64,000 bases of DNA from Octopus vulgaris. Taxonomy: Eukaryota. Shown here piece after piece: positions 58,809 to 64,000 of the stretch. Location: NCBI GenBank assembly GCA_951406725.2, contig OX597831.1:4154001-4218000 (forward strand). Direction: 5' to 3'. Under the pieces are notes generated by a model. That model searched no databases. It was not told the origin of the DNA and saw only the letters and a program-made list of their open reading frames with translations. A program made the translations under genes and the position numbers. Every line of letters starts with the position of its first letter. Position 1 is the stretch's first letter.

Positions 58809-59243
58809 GTTTCTTTATTAGCCACACAGGGCTGCACACAGACGGGACAAATTACAAGGTAGAGCTTTTCTTTTTGGGGATAAAAAAAGGGGGGTTGGTT
58901 TTCGATCAAAAGGGATCGTAAAAGAAAAGAAAGAGGAAAGCAACAAAAAAAAAGAGTGGGAACAAAAGGAAAAAGAAAAAAATCGATCAATAGGGATCGT
59001 TATCACAAAAATGTCAATATAAAGTGTAAAGGGGAGGACATGTGAGGTTTACCCGTAGAAAGAAAAGCCTACGGAAAAGACCACGGTAACCTCGGTCAAT
59101 GAAGTCATATGTTATATTTTTTTACAAATAAGCAACTCTCTGTATTAATTTTTACGGTTCATAGGATCATGGTCAAGGTGGCTTCGTCATTCATACGTGC
59201 CATCCTTGCTACATTCACCTATCTTTTTTTAAAACATTCACTA
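58809..59243 (-). mobile_element. 5'-truncated Tx1/L1-like LINE 3' end between (GATA)n tracts
   Basis: ORF end LSSECFKKR*VNVARMARMNDEATLTMIL*; 3' UTR ends GCCCTGTGTGGCTAATAAAGAAAC; same family as 7243-7371. Confidence 0.65.
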
Positions 59244-59244
59244 G

Positions 59245-59314
<70 letters not shown>

Positions 59315-59640
59315 ATAGATTGAGAGGGTCGAACGAGAGAAATATTAAAACATCTGATATCAAGTCAACGTCGAAAACTAGTGGGGCCAAAAGAGCGATG
59401 CCAAAACGATTGTATCAAAAGATTTCATACTCCTGTTTGAAATGTTTTAGTAATTAATGTAAGAAGAAGAATTACGACACCGATAATTTACTTGTGTCAA
59501 TGTGAAGTGTCATTACTGGTACATGTCAATTGAATTTAACCACGCCCATAATATATATATGAACATCATGTAGGAAATGTCAACGTATTCTGTGTTGTAC
59601 TGCCCTATCCACGCAGTTTCATAACATTCTGTAAAATATT

Positions 59641-59864
59641 TATTTCTTTACAACCCACAAGGGGCTAAATACAGACGGGACAAACAAGGACAGACAAACG
59701 GATTAAGTCTATTACATCGACCCCAGTGCGTAACTGGTACTTAATTTATCGACCCCGAAAGGATGAAAGGCAAAGTCGACCTCGACGGAATTTGAACTCA
59801 GAACGTAATGGCAGACAAAATACGGCTATGCATTTCGCCCGGCGTGCTAACGTTTCTGCCAGCT
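59641..59864 (-). mobile_element. SINE family B
   Basis: Close match to 29341-29574. Confidence 0.9.
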
Positions 59865-60289
59865 ATAACACTTGCAAGTTCTTCAGATCTACGTCAACTA
59901 GTTACGAAAATGCCAAAGTTTGAAGATATTTCCTCGGTAAACACTTTCCCAATTCTCAGGTTATCACTATTGAGCTAGTAATGACTGAATTTCACAATAT
60001 CAACACTCAACGAAATGGATTTTTAAAATAAAAAAGCTAAAATTTTTTTCGAAAGAAAAGCGACTTAAAAATATATTAATTGCAACCATTTTCAAATTAA
60101 CAGACAGCCACTGTCTCAAGTGAGCCATTTATTTGTTGGTATAACTGGAAAGATTTCATTGTTAAATATTAACAAGTTTTTTATCGAAAGCATCGGCAAG
60201 AAGCATAGCGGTTAATGTGGATGCGTTTTCCAGAATATCATATTTGAACAGGCTACTATTTTCAGCAACTCTTGATATCTTAGGGAGGT

Positions 60290-60680
60290 AAACCTGGATG
60301 TTATCAAAGAAGCTTGAGAGGCGGTTGGATGGAACCTACACTCGCCTCCTTATGAGAACTCAAAATCTCTCGTGGAAGCGCCATCCAACCAAAATGCAAA
60401 TATATGGGAAACTACCACCTGTGTCATCTCTTGTGAAAGGTAGAAGAGTCCAGTTTGCTGGACATTGTTGTAGAGCTGAAAAAGAAGTAATTTCTACTCT
60501 TCTCCTCTGGAAGCCATCTACTCGCAATACCAGAGGGCGCACACTCTCCTACCCTGATGTAATTTCCAGGGATACAGGCATCCAGCAACAGGACCTCCGT
60601 AATGCCATGATGGACTGTGAAGTCTGGCATAGCATGGTAAATTCCATTGTCTCGACCACCATCGAACAATGATGAATGAA
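60290..60680 (+). mobile_element. 5'-truncated RTE-clade LINE 3' end with open frame
   Basis: TWMLSKKLERRLDGTYTRLLM..NLSWKRH..YGKLP..RRVQFAGHCCR..LLLWKP..RGRT..DTG..W, followed by a TGATGAATGAA tail. Confidence 0.85.
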
Positions 60681-60859
60681 GGTGTAAAGGCCATTTTCAT
60701 CGTGTATTTTCTGTTCAAATTTCTGAGAAGTCCTCTCAAGTAAATAACGCAATGGTTGGTGTTCTAACACTACAGCTACGTTACGTTGGATACAAAGAGT
60801 GCTTTTTGGTACTAATACGGCTTCTGTCATTAAAAGCTATTTTTTAATTAAACCTCTTG

Positions 60860-61110
60860 GCTTATGTGTGTGTGTGTATGTGTGTGTGTGTGCTTGGTGA
60901 GCGCGCATGTATGTGTGTATTAGTACGTACCTGTACGTTTGTGTTTGTGTTTCTCCACAGAACGCTTGACAATCAGTGTTGCTTTGTTTACGTCCACGCA
61001 ACATAGCGGTTCGACCAAAACCAGCGAAAAATAAGTTCCACTGAAATCCTTCAAGCGATGTTCTAGCATGGCCGCAGTTCAATGAATGAAACAAGTAAAA
61101 ATATAAAAGA
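60860..61110 (+). mobile_element. Degenerate SINE family A, 3' part
   Basis: CGCTTGACAA..AGCGGTTCG..AGCATGGCCGCAG..GAAACAAGTAAAA. Confidence 0.75.
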
Positions 61111-61135
61111 AGACTACATACATGTATATATATAT

Positions 61136-61200
<65 letters not shown>

Positions 61201-61314
61201 CAATAGTAGCAAAGGATAAAATTAATTAATTAACTAGTAATCAATAATTTCACCAAGTAGAATTCGGCATGAAAAAGGACCATTTCACGGTAAACTAAAC
61301 TATACTATTATAAA

Positions 61315-61391
<77 letters not shown>

Positions 61392-61676
61392 TATATTATA
61401 GATAATTTATGAGTTAGAGGTTTAGATAACCTGCAACCGTCTATGGGATAAATGTATGCGTAAGCACTACTAGTGTATTACCTAACTATATATAGGCCTT
61501 GCCATAATGCTAACAGTTGTCGGTAATTTAAATGGTAAACCGTAGTTTAATATATTCAGATAAGAAAAGAAATGAAACAACAATTAACAATTAGAAGTTG
61601 GTATTAAATGGTCAGTTTAATTGTAGTCAAAATAACTATTACAACTGTTTCAGTTTGTTATTTCTGAGGTAAACTT

Positions 61677-62136
61677 GCGGTGGTATGTAGCTCGCCTACC
61701 AGCCACATGGTTCCGAGTTCATTTCTAATGCGTGGAACCTTGGGCAAGTGTTTTCTACTATAACCTCTGGACGACCAAAGCCTTGTGAGTGGATTTGGTA
61801 GACGGAAACTGAAAGAAGCCCGTCGTATATATATGAATATATGTATATGTATGTGTGCGTATATATCTGTGTGTCTGTGTTTGCCCCCCCTCCCTCCCAA
61901 CATCGCTTGACAACCGATGGTGGTGTGTTTACGTGCCCGTAACTTAACGGTCAGACATTTGACTGCGGCCATGCTGGAGCACCGCTTTTAGTCGAGCAAA
62001 TCGACCCTAGGACTTATTCTTTGTACGCTTACGAAGAATAAGTCCTGGGGTCGATTTGCTTGACTAAAGGCGGTGCTCCAGCATGGCCGCAGTCAAATGA
62101 CTGAAACAAGTAAAAGAGTAAAAGAGTAAAGAGAGT
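61677..62136 (+). mobile_element. SINE family A with internal fold-back duplication
   Basis: 70-bp arms at 61956-62025 and 62030-62099. Confidence 0.9.
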
Positions 62137-62148
62137 ATATATATATAT

Positions 62149-62191
<43 letters not shown>

Positions 62192-62199
62192 TATGTATA

Positions 62200-62231
<32 letters not shown>

Positions 62232-62248
62232 GATATATATATATGTAC

Positions 62249-62280
<32 letters not shown>

Positions 62281-62288
62281 TATATATA

Positions 62289-62387
<99 letters not shown>

Positions 62388-62929
62388 GTATATATGTTTG
62401 TTTATTGATAGGCTGCCAGAAGCTACAATTGATAAGTTGTGTGTCATACGTTCGATAATAGCAGATGTCTGTTCACTATTCATTCGAGTTAGCAGCACTT
62501 TCGCGGATTCCATGACTGCCATTTCGCTTCAGTGGTGCGTGAGTGCGGTCAGTTGGTTGGTTTTGAATTTCATTTCCGTCCGTAGACACATCTGGCTTAT
62601 ACATGCGCATCTCCAATGTACGACATTACTGACAGACTTGTCACTAACGTGAAACCATTAAGTATCGGCTTGGTTTTTCTTCTTTCTCCTCAACATACAC
62701 ACCGACTCGGCTGTGGGCAGAAATAATCGATATTTTATAGATACGGGAAGACTTAGTACACTTTTTTGTATAATATTGCCTGATTAGTTGAGCAGAAGTT
62801 TTGATGTGCTCAAAATAATATTGACCGACAATCACATAGCACGTGACTTTTTGCAACAAAATATTTTTTTCTTCTGCAAAATAATACATACATGCACGCG
62901 CGTACACCCACACATAAACGTGTGTGTCG

Positions 62930-62961
<32 letters not shown>

Positions 62962-63296
62962 TGAGAGAGAGAGAGAGAGAAAGAAAGAGAGAGAGCGATA
63001 ACATATTCATACATTCATGCATACCTGCATACATACATAAATATACACACAGACACACACGCATACATACATACATGCATGCATGCATGCGTGCATACAT
63101 ACATACATACATACATACATACATACATACATACATACATACATACATACATGCATACATACATACATACATACATACATACATACATACATGCATATAT
63201 ATATATATATTTACACAATTATTCTATGGAAATTGAAAGTCGTGTGATGAAAAAGACAGTAATCTATCTATCTATCTATGTATCTATCTATCTATA

Positions 63297-63344
<48 letters not shown>

Positions 63345-63558
63345 CATCTCTATTGAATTTTTCTCACCAGGTGGTTCGCGATCGCTAGTAAATCACTGAC
63401 ATTGATCGTTCTAATTTAAACCTACAGCTTCATAATCAACTGGGAGTTATCTCTCTTCAGCATCTCCTCTTGAGGAAGGCCGAGGAGACAGGAAAGCATC
63501 TAGGAGTCCGTAAGAAGACACTGAAAAATAGGTAAGTTGTTTTCTCACCTTTTCACAG

Positions 63559-63835
63559 AATATCCCCACTCAGCCTTAAACGGTATCTCCAGACCATGAT
63601 TTCTGGGATATTCTCTTCACTGGCCAGGGTAATCGTTGGCTCGAGGTGGCATCACTAGGTCTAGTTCAAGGTATATACTTTTAAAGTGACACAGAGTCAC
63701 TGATCTCGTAAAAGTATATATTTCGAACAAGACTTAGTGCTGCCAGCTCGAGCCAACGGTTATCCTGTGCCGATGAAGGGAAATATCTCAGAAACCATGG
63801 TCTGCAGGTTCCGTTTAAGGCTGAGTGGGGACATT
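63559..63835. repeat. Long imperfect hairpin (~125-bp arms)
   Basis: 63559-63683 pairs with 63709-63835; 18 substitutions and 2 gaps by manual alignment. Confidence 0.92.
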
Positions 63836-64000
63836 AGCTCCCTTGTTCGAGGTATAAGGACGGAGTTGTGCGTCGTGGAAAAGTTTTTTTCCTGGGGTTA
63901 AAAAATGTAGTACTGCCAACTTACGTTGGCAAATAGATTTTAATACACACACACACAAACGTAATATATATACTAATAAAAAGGGTTCAGCAAAGAATTG

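Noticed and set aside
62405-62720. Minus-strand [26 protein letters not shown], possibly a Tc1-like N-terminus
   Set aside because: Too short and no TIR identified.
63463-63505. CTCCT...TGAGGA...GAAA...AGGAG hammerhead-like string
   Set aside because: No stem II, and the register of stem I and the cleavage site is inconsistent.
63532-63558. GTAAGT...TTTTCACAG mini-intron
   Set aside because: Only 27 nt, too short for a normal metazoan intron.

Overview
AT-rich, repeat-saturated eukaryotic DNA. It most likely comes from an octopus or other coleoid cephalopod, inferred from the SINE families and the extreme microsatellite load. No host protein-coding gene can be firmly supported; nearly all ORF-track entries are microsatellite or SINE read-throughs. 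The window holds three tRNA-derived SINE families (about 35 copies or fragments), two non-autonomous Helitrons, and relics of R4/Dong-like, RTE, Tx1/L1-like, CR1-like and Penelope-like (PLE) retroelements. It also holds mariner and Tigger/pogo transposase relics, several long hairpins, and many type I hammerhead-ribozyme motifs in PLE-type terminal segments, most of them mutated. About 13 kb (26161-40032) is repeated at 42700-54772 across a 100-N gap, probably as two uncollapsed haplotypes. The two copies differ by a young Dong-like insertion in a (TAA)n tract and by a roughly tenfold GAA-tract length difference. The most unusual object is at 40133-42220 (minus strand): a TATA box, an initiator, a 10-nt exon and a 1.15-kb intron lead into a trihelix/Myb-SANT plus CCCH-zinc-finger ORF that runs into what looks like a LINE ORF2 start and is cut off by the gap. 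All calls were made by eye, without database searches.
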